From: a virus | DNA: 64,000 nucleotides | Virus record (IMG/VR): IMGVR_UViG_3300027736_000026 | Span: 1 to 64,000 of that record | Direction: 5' to 3' (one strand) | Shown here: one piece after another, positions 38,840 through 48,828 of the stretch | How the letters are laid out: the number at the start of each line of letters is the position of its first letter | Numbering within the stretch: position 1 is the first letter of the stretch | Notes under the pieces: model-generated | Seen by the model: only the letters and a program-made list of their open reading frames with translations | What the model was told of the DNA's origin: nothing | Databases searched by the model: none | Translations under genes and position numbers: made by a program

Positions 38840-39963
38840 TACATCGCCCCTCTATTGTAATTAGATACTCCATAAAATCCTCCAAAAGGTAAAGGATTTT
38901 CTCCAAATCTAATTTTACATCCTTTAATGCTTTTAGAGCATTGATCTGCTAGCCAATATTGTCCATTAGGAGGAGGTGTATTAATTGGGACAAGTGATTT
39001 TGCGACGAAATAAAAATTTATATCTTTTTTAGTTATAAAAACTACTTTTCCTTTGACATACTCCGTTGATGATCCCCATTCGCTAGGAGCATTTGCTGCG
39101 ATAGTAAGATCGGAAAATAAAGCCATTTTTTGAATTACTTGATCATCTTCTGTGCCGCAAACTGGTGCTGATACTCCACTTGAATCGCTTTGATTTGATA
39201 TTGGGGTAGTTGTCCCGTGAATGTCTGTATTTAATCTATCTTTATATTCATACAAACATCCTTCTCCCCTGTATTGCCAAGGACAAATATAACTTAAAAC
39301 TCTCCTTTTGGGAAGCTTCACTCTATCTAAGTCTATTATGCTTGATAATTCAAACTGAATGCTATTTCGATTTTCAGAAGATTTTCTATCAAAGTAATAG
39401 ATGTCTCTAGGAAATTCGCAATTAGGATCAGGGTCAAATCCATCTGGTATGATTAATTTATCTGGAGATAGCGCAGAAGTGCCGTCGTTTTGATAAAAGT
39501 TGCTCCTGTCAAGAAACTTAGCGAATGTTCTAATTCTTGTGAACTTCGCACCAATCAAGTCGCCAAAATTAATAGTTCCCCTAAATAAAGAAAAGACATC
39601 AAGCATATCATCAGAAAAACTAATCTGCACTTTCGGTTTTGGGAACACACCTCTAGAAGCTATCTCAAATCCCTCAGTTGAAAGAGGTGCTGGTAAATAA
39701 GCATCGCCTTTCCAATAAATAATATTTCTGCCTAATTTAAGATTATTATGCAATCTAATAACGCTATAATTAAATATCCCGCTTTTTGTTCCGGGTAAAG
39801 TCAATTGAAAATTCCTTAGATTAATTACAAATTGAGAAGCATTTGTTACTCCAAGATTGGTTAAGTCAATTTCAAATAAAGAAATAATCGAAGAAGGTTC
39901 AAGAGAGAAAAATTCTTTATTTACTTTTAAAGATGCGTTTTTAATTTCTTGTTGAGTGGCCAT
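38839..39963 (-). CDS. Minor tail protein, lambda gpL-like
   Basis: LFEIDL, IYWKGDAY...EGFE, GAKFTRIRTFAKFLD, FELSS, and the four-Cys pattern CPWQYRGEGC...DQCSKSIKGCKIRFG...PFGGF. Confidence 0.92.
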   Translation of the reverse strand: MATQQEIKNASLKVNKEFFSLEPSSIISLFEIDLTNLGVTNASQFVINLRNFQLTLPGTKSGIFNYSVIRLHNNLKLGRNIIYWKGDAYLPAPLSTEGFEIASRGVFPKPKVQISFSDDMLDVFSLFRGTINFGDLIGAKFTRIRTFAKFLDRSNFYQNDGTSALSPDKLIIPDGFDPDPNCEFPRDIYYFDRKSSENRNSIQFELSSIIDLDRVKLPKRRVLSYICPWQYRGEGCLYEYKDRLNTDIHGTTTPISNQSDSSGVSAPVCGTEDDQVIQKMALFSDLTIAANAPSEWGSSTEYVKGKVVFITKKDINFYFVAKSLVPINTPPPNGQYWLADQCSKSIKGCKIRFGENPLPFGGFYGVSNYNRGAM

Positions 39964-39967
39964 AATC

Positions 39968-40522
39968 TTATGCTGGGACTTCTTCGAAGGTAGTTTTTAT
40001 AGAGAAATTATTAAAGAATGGATTAGATGATCCCCATCTTCTACATACAAATAATTTGGCATCTGTAGCCGCAACTGTATAAGGTGCAGATGGGTAATAA
40101 ATAAAAGCTGTCTTGGCTGACCTTGCGCTAAAGAAATGAAGGATAGCAGTACATTCATCTAAGGTTAACCCGTCAAAATTCAATTCAAAATTGAGAAGAT
40201 TAAAGTTAATTTGATCGCTTACTCTTTTTTCGTATCCATCTCCATATTTTATTACGCTAACTTTGGGTTCAAAATTAGCTTGGGTCTGATAAGACGGTCT
40301 CCAAATGAACAAAGGATAATCTTTTTTAATTACTGGGTGTTGAAAATAACCTCCCCAGTAAGCGTCCGAATTAGATATCACGCTAGAGTAAACTGGTGGA
40401 TTATTCGCGGGCACAGCGGCTTTAGCGTAATAATATCGATTATCTGTGTATACGATAATATCATGCTTATTGTATGCGACAGAATTACTCCATGAACTAA
40501 TATTAAAAATTGAGCTAGACAT
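39968..40522 (-). CDS. Minor tail protein, lambda gpM-like
   Basis: FIWRP...KYGDGYEKR...F...ILHFF...AFIY...FEEV. Confidence 0.85.
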   Translation of the reverse strand: MSSSIFNISSWSNSVAYNKHDIIVYTDNRYYYAKAAVPANNPPVYSSVISNSDAYWGGYFQHPVIKKDYPLFIWRPSYQTQANFEPKVSVIKYGDGYEKRVSDQINFNLLNFELNFDGLTLDECTAILHFFSARSAKTAFIYYPSAPYTVAATDAKLFVCRRWGSSNPFFNNFSIKTTFEEVPA

Positions 40523-40538
40523 ACCTTTTACCTTTTAC

Positions 40539-40576
40539 CAACTTATTATTACACTTTTTTGTGTAAATATTAAAAT
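40539..40576. promoter_or_regulatory. Back-to-back divergent GTGTAA motifs
   Basis: ttacac (40549-40554) tttttt gtgtaa (40561-40566) in the 57-bp gap between the divergent operons. Confidence 0.55.
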
Positions 40577-40579
40577 AAG

Positions 40580-41398
40580 ATGGCATTCTCTAGAATAAAC
40601 AAGAAAAATTTGGATTTCTACCTGAATCAGAAGCAGATTCATGGTGTTCAGGATATTCAATGCTCTTACAAAATACCAGTTGACCATAACAAGTTCATTG
40701 GTATGAGTAGCAGTACCCATACGCCTCAAGGAGCCAGAATAGGAAGTCTATCTGTAAACAGTTTGCTAACAACAAGTAATGACTTTCTTGCACTAACTGG
40801 TGATGTCGCTAACTATGGGTTCATAACTAAAAAAGCAAATCCTAGTTCCAATATATTATTTGGGTTCCAAGGGTGTTATTTAAATTCTTATTCATGCTCT
40901 GCTCAAATAGATGAAGTGCCTATGGTCAGGGCTTCATTTGATATATTTAATGATGCTGGCACTATCCCTTCTTCGGGCGCTTTTAATTCTTCAAGCGCTG
41001 TTTCTTTAGTTAATTCTAATACTATTGATATAGGTATAGCAGATTTTGCTACAAACAGAGTATCTTCTTTTAATTTAACAATAAATACTCCGAGATATCC
41101 AGTCTATTATATAGGAAGTGCAACTCCTTTTTCTGTTACAACTGACTATCCAATCGGAGTAGAATGTGATTTTACTATTTCTCAAGATAGCTATACTCTT
41201 CAAAAACTATCTACTTTAAGCTTTGATCTGAAAAGTTCCAATAACTTTTATATAAATACTAAAGATTTTAATGGAAATGCTGTTAATTTTAACTTTGCTA
41301 ATGCGTTATCTTATTTTATTGATGTTTCCGAAGACTTCTCTGCTAGTGTAAATTCTGCTGTAGAGGTTGTGGTAAAGTACAAGGGGTTTTTTAAATAA
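40580..41398 (+). CDS. Tail tube-like paralogue
   Basis: VQDIQCSY...FIG and VSSFNLTINTPRYPVYYIG...DYPIGVECDF align by eye with the tube protein's VQSCNYNF...QFG and IQNFSISMGLNRTPLQKLG...DFPVTISFS. Confidence 0.55.
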   Translation: MAFSRINKKNLDFYLNQKQIHGVQDIQCSYKIPVDHNKFIGMSSSTHTPQGARIGSLSVNSLLTTSNDFLALTGDVANYGFITKKANPSSNILFGFQGCYLNSYSCSAQIDEVPMVRASFDIFNDAGTIPSSGAFNSSSAVSLVNSNTIDIGIADFATNRVSSFNLTINTPRYPVYYIGSATPFSVTTDYPIGVECDFTISQDSYTLQKLSTLSFDLKSSNNFYINTKDFNGNAVNFNFANALSYFIDVSEDFSASVNSAVEVVVKYKGFFK

Positions 41399-41408
41399 GG
41401 AAAAAGGG

Positions 41409-42218
41409 ATGAAATATTTTAATGAGTGTGACGTATTCGTCAATTCAATTTTTGGATCAGGGCTAATCCAAGCTCAGAATGCTTCTGTTAATGTAAATAG
41501 AAGTATAGATTCTACTTATGCATTTGGAAGGAGAAATGCTTCTCAAATGATCAAAACTAAGGCAGATGAAACAACTGTTGATTTCTCTTATTTTTTGTTT
41601 TCTGCTGATCCTATTTTTAAGTGTTTTGATTACCTAAAAACAGGAGTTTTTATTAATAGCTTTCCAGAGTCTAGAATTCCTATAATTTTGAAAATTGCTG
41701 GTGTTAGCGGGATGTTCTATCCTTCTAGATTTTCTTTAAATATTGTACCAAATTCAAAAATTCAAGCTACGGCTTCTTTCTCTAATTACTCTGATATTTC
41801 GGGATCTTTACTTAGCAAGACAACTTCTAATATATTTAGTAGTGGATCTGGATTGGCGCATTCTTGGAATGTTAGAGTGTCTGGTACTGTGTCAAATACA
41901 GCTTATAATGTGCTTGGTCTTGATTATTCTCTTTCCGTAAATTGGAATCCAATCTATTCCGTGGGTCAAAGAAGGCCAAGACAGATAGACCTTTCGGCAG
42001 GACAAGAAGATTTTAATTTTACGATTGAGGACTTTAATTCTAATTTTTCTAATTCTGTTGTCGCTACAGCAGAAAATGCAAAAGTTAATATCCGCACTTT
42101 CGGAGGTGATTCTATTTTTATTATAGATACGTCTGGAAGTAAAATAGATTCATCTAGCATGACAATTAATGTTGATGAATATGCAGAAAGTAAGATATCA
42201 TTAAAAAGGAGTTTTTAA
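41409..42218 (+). CDS. Tail tube-like paralogue
   Basis: AQNASVNVNRS...AFG...TVDFSYFL and LDYSLSVNWNPIYSVG resemble the tube protein and neighbour 40580. Confidence 0.5.
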   Translation: MKYFNECDVFVNSIFGSGLIQAQNASVNVNRSIDSTYAFGRRNASQMIKTKADETTVDFSYFLFSADPIFKCFDYLKTGVFINSFPESRIPIILKIAGVSGMFYPSRFSLNIVPNSKIQATASFSNYSDISGSLLSKTTSNIFSSGSGLAHSWNVRVSGTVSNTAYNVLGLDYSLSVNWNPIYSVGQRRPRQIDLSAGQEDFNFTIEDFNSNFSNSVVATAENAKVNIRTFGGDSIFIIDTSGSKIDSSSMTINVDEYAESKISLKRSF

Positions 42219-43298
42219 ATGTTTTTTAATTATAAAAATTGTACGTTTAGCTTAAGTGGCGTTGATGTTCTCGCCTCTAATGTAAACATGTCCCTTGATT
42301 CATCAAACACTCCTGTTTATAATGAAGAGTTTAAAAAGAATTCTTATTCTTATGCCGCTGAAGACACAGTAGATACGACCTTCTCAGTTTCTTATTACTT
42401 AACAGGCAAAGACTTTGTAAAAGAATATCTATTAGGAGCTAATTCAGAGCAGGGTATTTCTGGAAACTTTTGCGGTTTGTATTTCCAAAGTGGCTACATT
42501 ACAAACTATTCTATAAAAGGTTCTCCTGATGCTCTGGCTAAAGTTGATGTAGAAATCAAAGTTTTCGAGCCTTTGAAAGGGGCTTTTTCTGCTACTACTC
42601 CTATTAATAGACCAGAATTCGCTCCATTAAACTTCTCAAGTTTTTATTTATCGGGCAATTTAGATGGAGTCCCTTTTGATTCAAATGGATATAGCTTTAC
42701 TAATTTTAGTTATCAATATCAGAGAGAGGTACAGAAGTACAATAAAGAAGGTGCAACTACTTTCGATCAAAGCGGCAGAGCGTATTTAGGTAAAAGATCT
42801 CAGTCTCTTTCTTTTGAGTTAGATAATTTTAATGTGTCGCTTCCTTATTCTGGTGTTCCTTGTACTTTTTATATTTCTTTACAAACAGGGGCGGCTCCTT
42901 TGGATACACTTTCTTTTGCAGGAATAGTTTCTTCAAAGAGGACTTCTTTAGAGACTCAAGGATATGCAAGATCAGAGTTTTCGTTAAAACAAGATTTCTC
43001 TCATTTTAAACCAGTAATAACTGATTTTACACCAAGAGTTATTTTACCCGGAGCGACAGTCACTATAAATGGCAGTAACTTTATTAATGTTAAAAAAATA
43101 TTTTTTGGTAATACTGAGGCTACTTCTTTTAACCCAGTTTCTACTTCTCTAATCACTGCTGTGGCTCCTATTAGTTTGAAAGGCGCTGCTGCTATTCTAA
43201 TAGATACAGAAGAAACTAGTTCTTCTTCTATATTCAATTTTAAAACAAGCGTAAATAAAAACGACATAAGACTGTCTATAAATTTCGAAGGATTATAA
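42219..43298 (+). CDS. Tail tube-like paralogue with C-terminal IPT/TIG domain
   Basis: N-terminus resembles 41409. C-terminal PVITDFTP...GATVTINGSNF...IFFGN...SLITAVAP. Confidence 0.6.
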   Translation: MFFNYKNCTFSLSGVDVLASNVNMSLDSSNTPVYNEEFKKNSYSYAAEDTVDTTFSVSYYLTGKDFVKEYLLGANSEQGISGNFCGLYFQSGYITNYSIKGSPDALAKVDVEIKVFEPLKGAFSATTPINRPEFAPLNFSSFYLSGNLDGVPFDSNGYSFTNFSYQYQREVQKYNKEGATTFDQSGRAYLGKRSQSLSFELDNFNVSLPYSGVPCTFYISLQTGAAPLDTLSFAGIVSSKRTSLETQGYARSEFSLKQDFSHFKPVITDFTPRVILPGATVTINGSNFINVKKIFFGNTEATSFNPVSTSLITAVAPISLKGAAAILIDTEETSSSSIFNFKTSVNKNDIRLSINFEGL

Positions 43299-43299
43299 T

Positions 43300-46200
43300 A
43301 TGCCAAGTTACAATACAGGTTTAATCAATCAGAGAATGCGCGTAACTGGCGCTGGTCTTTATGCGGTAAGCGGTTTGCAGCTTCCCGGTGCTGGATTTAT
43401 TGATTTCTCCTATTATGATTCAACTCCTGAATACATAGAGTTTAACGTACCCGAAAGCGTATTGCTAGGAAAAGCAAATTTTTATTTCATTACTGGGACT
43501 ACTCTTTCTTCGCCAATGTATGTTACTGGAATTGATTTTTATCCAATTCCAAGATTAGACGCTGTAATCCCGCAAACACAAGAAGTAGGACAATTTGTTG
43601 CAATTAGCGGAAAATCTTTAAGCGGAGTTCAGTATGTAGCTTTTAATAACCTTACTGGAACTGATATATCTTATCAGCCTACTAGTGGAGTGTTATTGGT
43701 AAAAGTCCCAAGTGGTTATACTACTGGTCCAATTAAAATTAGTGGCTATAATAACACTGGCATAGCTTCTGTATCTAGTGATTTTAACTTTTATGGAAGG
43801 ATATCAATAAGTGGTTTTAGTAATAATTTGCCATATGAGGGAGATATCCTCAGAATTTCAGGTAATAATTTTAATTTATCTTATGTTAATGAAAGCTATT
43901 TCCCTGTAAATTTTACCACTTCTGTAGATAATGGAATCACGGGCTTTATAACTTCTCCGTTTACGGGCTTAGGTGACGTTATTTCAGGCACAGTGCCTCC
44001 AAACGCTAATGCAGGGTTCGTAACGATAAATTCTAAAGATAATACATCTTTCAGTTCTAAAAATCAAATTTCAGTTCTTAAAGCTCCTGTGGTTTTTAAC
44101 GCTTTAAACTATTATTTAAATTCTGGACAGTCCAATATTGCTATTGGAAAAAATTTCAATTACGCCACCGGCATTGTCCTAAGCGGATTAAATTATAGAC
44201 AGCCTAAGACGATTTTAAATAGTGGAGTTAGGAGTTCTCAAGTTGGAATATTTGGAAGATCTTTGTTATTCAGCGGAAGTTCTTACTTGCAGATACCTTC
44301 TCCTTCTGGAGGAGATTTTAATTTTGGAGCAGATCCATTCACTATTGAATTTTTAGTCAATCCATTACCCTACACGACTGCCCAAAGAATTGACATGTTC
44401 CAAGACCAAGGATGGGATGGGAATGGTTTTTACTTTTATAAAGCTGCCGCTACCACTAATTGGACTTTTTATGCAAGCAATACTGCAAAATTTAATATAG
44501 CTACTTCTTTAATTCCAGCTAATCAATGGACTAAAGTATTAATTTCTAGGACATCTGCTAATGGTGATACTTTCTATGCCGTCAGTGGTAATAATAGACA
44601 GAGTTTCACAACAGTATCAGTGGCAACTCCTTATACAATCACAGCAGGTAGCGGATTATTCATTGGAACTCATAATGTAGGTTCTTATGCTACTTATGGG
44701 GTTAATCCATTTTCTGGATATATAGAAGATTTTAGAATTGTCAAAGGCGCAGGATTGTATAACAGCATTAATCAAGTATTCACTGGTTCTGGGATGTTCG
44801 ATATTCCGAATACTGTTCTACTACTTCAAGGAAATTATTCTGATTATGATTATAGAGGAGATAGGACTCAAGTATCGACAATTAGAGATATCTCTGGATA
44901 TGTAGAAGATTATAATTATGGAGCTTATAATAAAGTTTATCCAGTATCTGGTTTTGTAAAGAACTCTGCTAATTCTGCTTTAACATTTACAGGAACAAAC
45001 GCTGATGTCGGTTGCTACGACATTATTATAAAAAATTCTGGAGGCAGAGACTTTCCATTCCAAAATTTTGAAGTAATTAAAAACGATCCAATCATTAAAA
45101 GTATTTCCACTTTTGAAAATTATATTGGCGGAGCTATTGAAATTTTAGGCCACAATCTTTATCCAAACACTCAAGCTCTTTTTCAAGATACTGGTGACGC
45201 TAACTCACTTGTAGACGCAACAGAAAATTCAAATAGTTATTCGTATCAGTCTACATTTAGAAACAAAAAAAACTTAACCATTTCTAGTTCTGTAGCGATA
45301 AGCAATAATACTTCTAAGTTTGATGATAGGAGTTTCTTATTCTCTGGAAGCCCCGGTCCTTACATTAAATTTTCTATTACGGGACAATCTCCAAACGTCC
45401 CTTTAAGTTATGGAAATAGTTTCGCTGTAGAATTAGATTTTAAGTCATTAACTAACCTAAGTGCTTCAGATAAAAAATTCTTAATAGGAAGCGAAAATGG
45501 TTTAAATGTTTTTGCGACATCAAATCAAATAGTCATCTCTGGAATAGAGTGGAATGGGTTTACTCCAGTATTCTCTGGTCAAATAAGCGCTACAGATTGG
45601 AATCACTTATCGATATCAAAGAGCTACATTAACAATGGTAGTATAAGCGGAAAAATATTATTAAATGGAAACCCCGTAAACTTATCTGGATTAACTTATT
45701 CTGGCCCCTCCGCTTCTCAATTAGACTTTAGTATTTCAAATCTTGACTTTAGTTTAAATAATGATAAGAATTTAACTAGTCCAGTTTTTGATATTTATAT
45801 AGGAAGAGACTATGCAAATACTCCTGCTAATTATTGGAGTGGATATATAGACGAGATTAGAGTAGTTAAAGAAAATCCATATCAATATTCAAATTTTGCT
45901 CCGATTAGAAGAGCAAGAAATAATATCAATACAGAAGTTTTAGTTCATTCAAATGCTGGTCTTATCGATGACACTATTAGAACGTTTGGATATCTAAGTT
46001 TAAATACTCCTAACTTATCATCAATAAGAAAATCTAATTTAATATTAAATAATTCATATTCAAGAATAACTGGCGGATTTGATAAAACTTTTACTTTCTT
46101 AAGAACGCCAACTATAACAGGAATATATCCTGCTGTATTGACGCAAGGCCAATTAGCTACTGGTTATGGAAGCGATATTTACTATGTCGGATCTATCAAT

Positions 46201-48828
46201 ATAGGGGACTATCCAGTAACTGGATATTCTATTTCTCAGTTTGGATCAGAGTTTTCTCAAAGATTAATATTTACTGTGCCTGATTTAGTGCAAAGTGGGA
46301 ATAGCTTGACAATAAATTCTAATTACTATAACTATACTTATCCCAGCGGATTGTCTATTAATAGCGGCGTTCTCGTCGTAAACGGGTTTAATCCTACTAC
46401 TGGCATAGCTGGTTCTTTAATTTCTATATCTGGTAAATTCTTAAATACGGTTTCTTCTATTGAATTAGGAAGACAGGATGGCGCATATAAAGTGATAACA
46501 GCTTTTAATAGTCAAAGTATTACTGGCTTAAGCTTTTATATCCCTCAAGTCTATGATATTGCTGATGGCCCAATTGTCCTAAATGGCTCAAGTAGAGTTA
46601 CGACTTCTCAGTCTTTAACATTTTTAAATCCAATTGTCTTAAGAATTACTCCAAATTCAGCTTATTTTAATGATACGATTTCTTTATCAGGAAGTAATTT
46701 AAGCGGTTTTGAATTCTATGGAGTTGGTTTTAATAATGAAGTAATTAAATATCCAAATATTTCTTTAGTGTCTACTACTGGAGTAAGGGTTTCTGTCCCT
46801 AGAGACGTTAAGAAAGCTAGTTTTAGATTCTTTACTTCTGGGACTACAAATGAAGTCAAGGGCTATTCTCCATCATTTAATCCAAGCACTACAATTTCTG
46901 GTTCAAATCTTGGCACTTATAGGACGAGAGATGGAATAGTCATTACTGGAATAAACGCCCACAACTTTCAAACAAGAGACCTCTATATTAGCGGATTCAA
47001 TAATTTAACAAATAAAACTGGGCAGTATTTAATTTCTCAGGCAATGTCTGTTATTGATATATCTACTCTTTCTGGATTGTCTCAGCCATATACTGGATAC
47101 TCTATACTCTCTGGAAATTTAAATATTACTTCAGATGTCTCTTCTCAAATTCCAGATCTAGGGTTGTTGCTTAGTGGTTCTGATGTTGTCGGAATAGGAA
47201 CCACTGTAAGTGCAAATAGTTATGTAGTATTGGATGGGTATATTGGAAGCGGTCAAATCTTCTTCCAAAGGAACAGCTTTGATGCTGATAATCTTTATAA
47301 GACAATAACGATTAAACCTCCTTCTATCTCAACTTCTACTTTAAATATTACAACTGGGACATTTAGATCACTAATTACGTTAACTGGAGCTAATCTTAAC
47401 TATGTAACTGGAATTAGATTTGAAGGCGTAACAACTCTTGCAAGAGGTGCTTCTGGGACAATAACTCCAAACTTCCCTTATTTAGCTGCAAATTATAAAT
47501 CAGGAATAACTGTAATAACTGATGCTAGAGAGCTAAGTAGTAATGTTGTATATAAAGATTATAGTAAATTAAAATTCTATCCTCCATCAATGGCAGGAAG
47601 AGGTATGCATGGTAAAGATGTGGAAGATATCAGACCGATTTCTGGAATGTTCTATCTGCAAACTTACTTGGGAGAAGAATATCCTGTAACTGGAAACTTT
47701 AATTATATTCCTTTTATATCTGTCAATGATGCTTATTTAAACAATAATTTAACTTATAGATTAGATGGGACTACTCAAGTAAGTGGCTGGGATGGCTCTG
47801 TAATTTCTTTTAATGGAGAAGGGATAAGATACCTAACAGGAGTCAACTTCTTTACTAAAGTCAATGGACAAATAATAGAAGACTTCGCAACAACATTTCA
47901 ATTCAATAAAAAACAAACAAAAATAAATTTCTACAATCAACCGGGAGGCATCATTACTGGTTATAATATCGTAAGTGGAGGCGCTGGTTATACATTCTCT
48001 CCTATTAGCATCGGTTTAAATAATGGTGGAGCAGGAGTTCCTACTATAGATGCTATTGTTTCGTTTATGCCTCCTTATGTAGGTCAAGTTACGGGAGTAA
48101 ATATAACATTTAATCCAACTTCTCCTACTCAAGACTTCTGGCAAGGTAATAATGCTATCGTTCCAAATCCTTTATCAGGTTTCATATTAAGAAATCCTCC
48201 AGCTAATCTTGTTTTCTCTGGAGATAATTTTGCAACTCAAAGTGGAGATGGGTCTAAGTATTATGCCTATTATACTGTTTCAACGACTTTTCCATTAGAT
48301 AATGGTTTTGTGGTTGGTGAAAAATTAGACTTGAGATTAGCTAACTATGGTGCAGTTTACGAGACAACTGATCAGCCCTTCTTAAGTATACAAAATCCAA
48401 ATAACTTCGCCAGAATAGTGGACATCATTTTAACTGGAAATGCTTATGTTGGAGAAAGCAGTTTCACCGTTAGATACGATCAGATATATTCAACTGATGA
48501 TGCTGATTTTAATGATATGGATTTGCAATTTAAGACTTCAGTGCTTTATCCAACTGGATACAATGGGAAGAGGTTCTTACTTACCACAACAAAGCCTTCT
48601 AAGAATGGAAGGAACTTAAGAGTTGATTTCTCTACAAAAGTCCCTTCCACGGGTGATTATGTAAACCCAATAGACCCAATTGATTCCAAATTCCTAAAAT
48701 TAAGAATAGAAAGTATAAACTCAGCAGCTTCTTTGTTTAAAGGATTAGGAAGCGTTAGTTCGACAAGTAAAGTATTTGCTGGTTCTGTTGGCGCAGGGTC
48801 TAGTTCGCCCGGAATTGGGACTTCTTAA
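43300..48828 (+). CDS. Large virion protein with IPT/TIG repeats and LamG domains (fibre/adhesin-like)
   Basis: Repeated P...G...I[ST]GxN[FL] units and two LamG units (FTIEF...FSGYIEDFRIVKG, WNHLSI...WSGYIDEIRVVK). Confidence 0.75.
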   Translation: MPSYNTGLINQRMRVTGAGLYAVSGLQLPGAGFIDFSYYDSTPEYIEFNVPESVLLGKANFYFITGTTLSSPMYVTGIDFYPIPRLDAVIPQTQEVGQFVAISGKSLSGVQYVAFNNLTGTDISYQPTSGVLLVKVPSGYTTGPIKISGYNNTGIASVSSDFNFYGRISISGFSNNLPYEGDILRISGNNFNLSYVNESYFPVNFTTSVDNGITGFITSPFTGLGDVISGTVPPNANAGFVTINSKDNTSFSSKNQISVLKAPVVFNALNYYLNSGQSNIAIGKNFNYATGIVLSGLNYRQPKTILNSGVRSSQVGIFGRSLLFSGSSYLQIPSPSGGDFNFGADPFTIEFLVNPLPYTTAQRIDMFQDQGWDGNGFYFYKAAATTNWTFYASNTAKFNIATSLIPANQWTKVLISRTSANGDTFYAVSGNNRQSFTTVSVATPYTITAGSGLFIGTHNVGSYATYGVNPFSGYIEDFRIVKGAGLYNSINQVFTGSGMFDIPNTVLLLQGNYSDYDYRGDRTQVSTIRDISGYVEDYNYGAYNKVYPVSGFVKNSANSALTFTGTNADVGCYDIIIKNSGGRDFPFQNFEVIKNDPIIKSISTFENYIGGAIEILGHNLYPNTQALFQDTGDANSLVDATENSNSYSYQSTFRNKKNLTISSSVAISNNTSKFDDRSFLFSGSPGPYIKFSITGQSPNVPLSYGNSFAVELDFKSLTNLSASDKKFLIGSENGLNVFATSNQIVISGIEWNGFTPVFSGQISATDWNHLSISKSYINNGSISGKILLNGNPVNLSGLTYSGPSASQLDFSISNLDFSLNNDKNLTSPVFDIYIGRDYANTPANYWSGYIDEIRVVKENPYQYSNFAPIRRARNNINTEVLVHSNAGLIDDTIRTFGYLSLNTPNLSSIRKSNLILNNSYSRITGGFDKTFTFLRTPTITGIYPAVLTQGQLATGYGSDIYYVGSINIGDYPVTGYSISQFGSEFSQRLIFTVPDLVQSGNSLTINSNYYNYTYPSGLSINSGVLVVNGFNPTTGIAGSLISISGKFLNTVSSIELGRQDGAYKVITAFNSQSITGLSFYIPQVYDIADGPIVLNGSSRVTTSQSLTFLNPIVLRITPNSAYFNDTISLSGSNLSGFEFYGVGFNNEVIKYPNISLVSTTGVRVSVPRDVKKASFRFFTSGTTNEVKGYSPSFNPSTTISGSNLGTYRTRDGIVITGINAHNFQTRDLYISGFNNLTNKTGQYLISQAMSVIDISTLSGLSQPYTGYSILSGNLNITSDVSSQIPDLGLLLSGSDVVGIGTTVSANSYVVLDGYIGSGQIFFQRNSFDADNLYKTITIKPPSISTSTLNITTGTFRSLITLTGANLNYVTGIRFEGVTTLARGASGTITPNFPYLAANYKSGITVITDARELSSNVVYKDYSKLKFYPPSMAGRGMHGKDVEDIRPISGMFYLQTYLGEEYPVTGNFNYIPFISVNDAYLNNNLTYRLDGTTQVSGWDGSVISFNGEGIRYLTGVNFFTKVNGQIIEDFATTFQFNKKQTKINFYNQPGGIITGYNIVSGGAGYTFSPISIGLNNGGAGVPTIDAIVSFMPPYVGQVTGVNITFNPTSPTQDFWQGNNAIVPNPLSGFILRNPPANLVFSGDNFATQSGDGSKYYAYYTVSTTFPLDNGFVVGEKLDLRLANYGAVYETTDQPFLSIQNPNNFARIVDIILTGNAYVGESSFTVRYDQIYSTDDADFNDMDLQFKTSVLYPTGYNGKRFLLTTTKPSKNGRNLRVDFSTKVPSTGDYVNPIDPIDSKFLKLRIESINSAASLFKGLGSVSSTSKVFAGSVGAGSSSPGIGTS

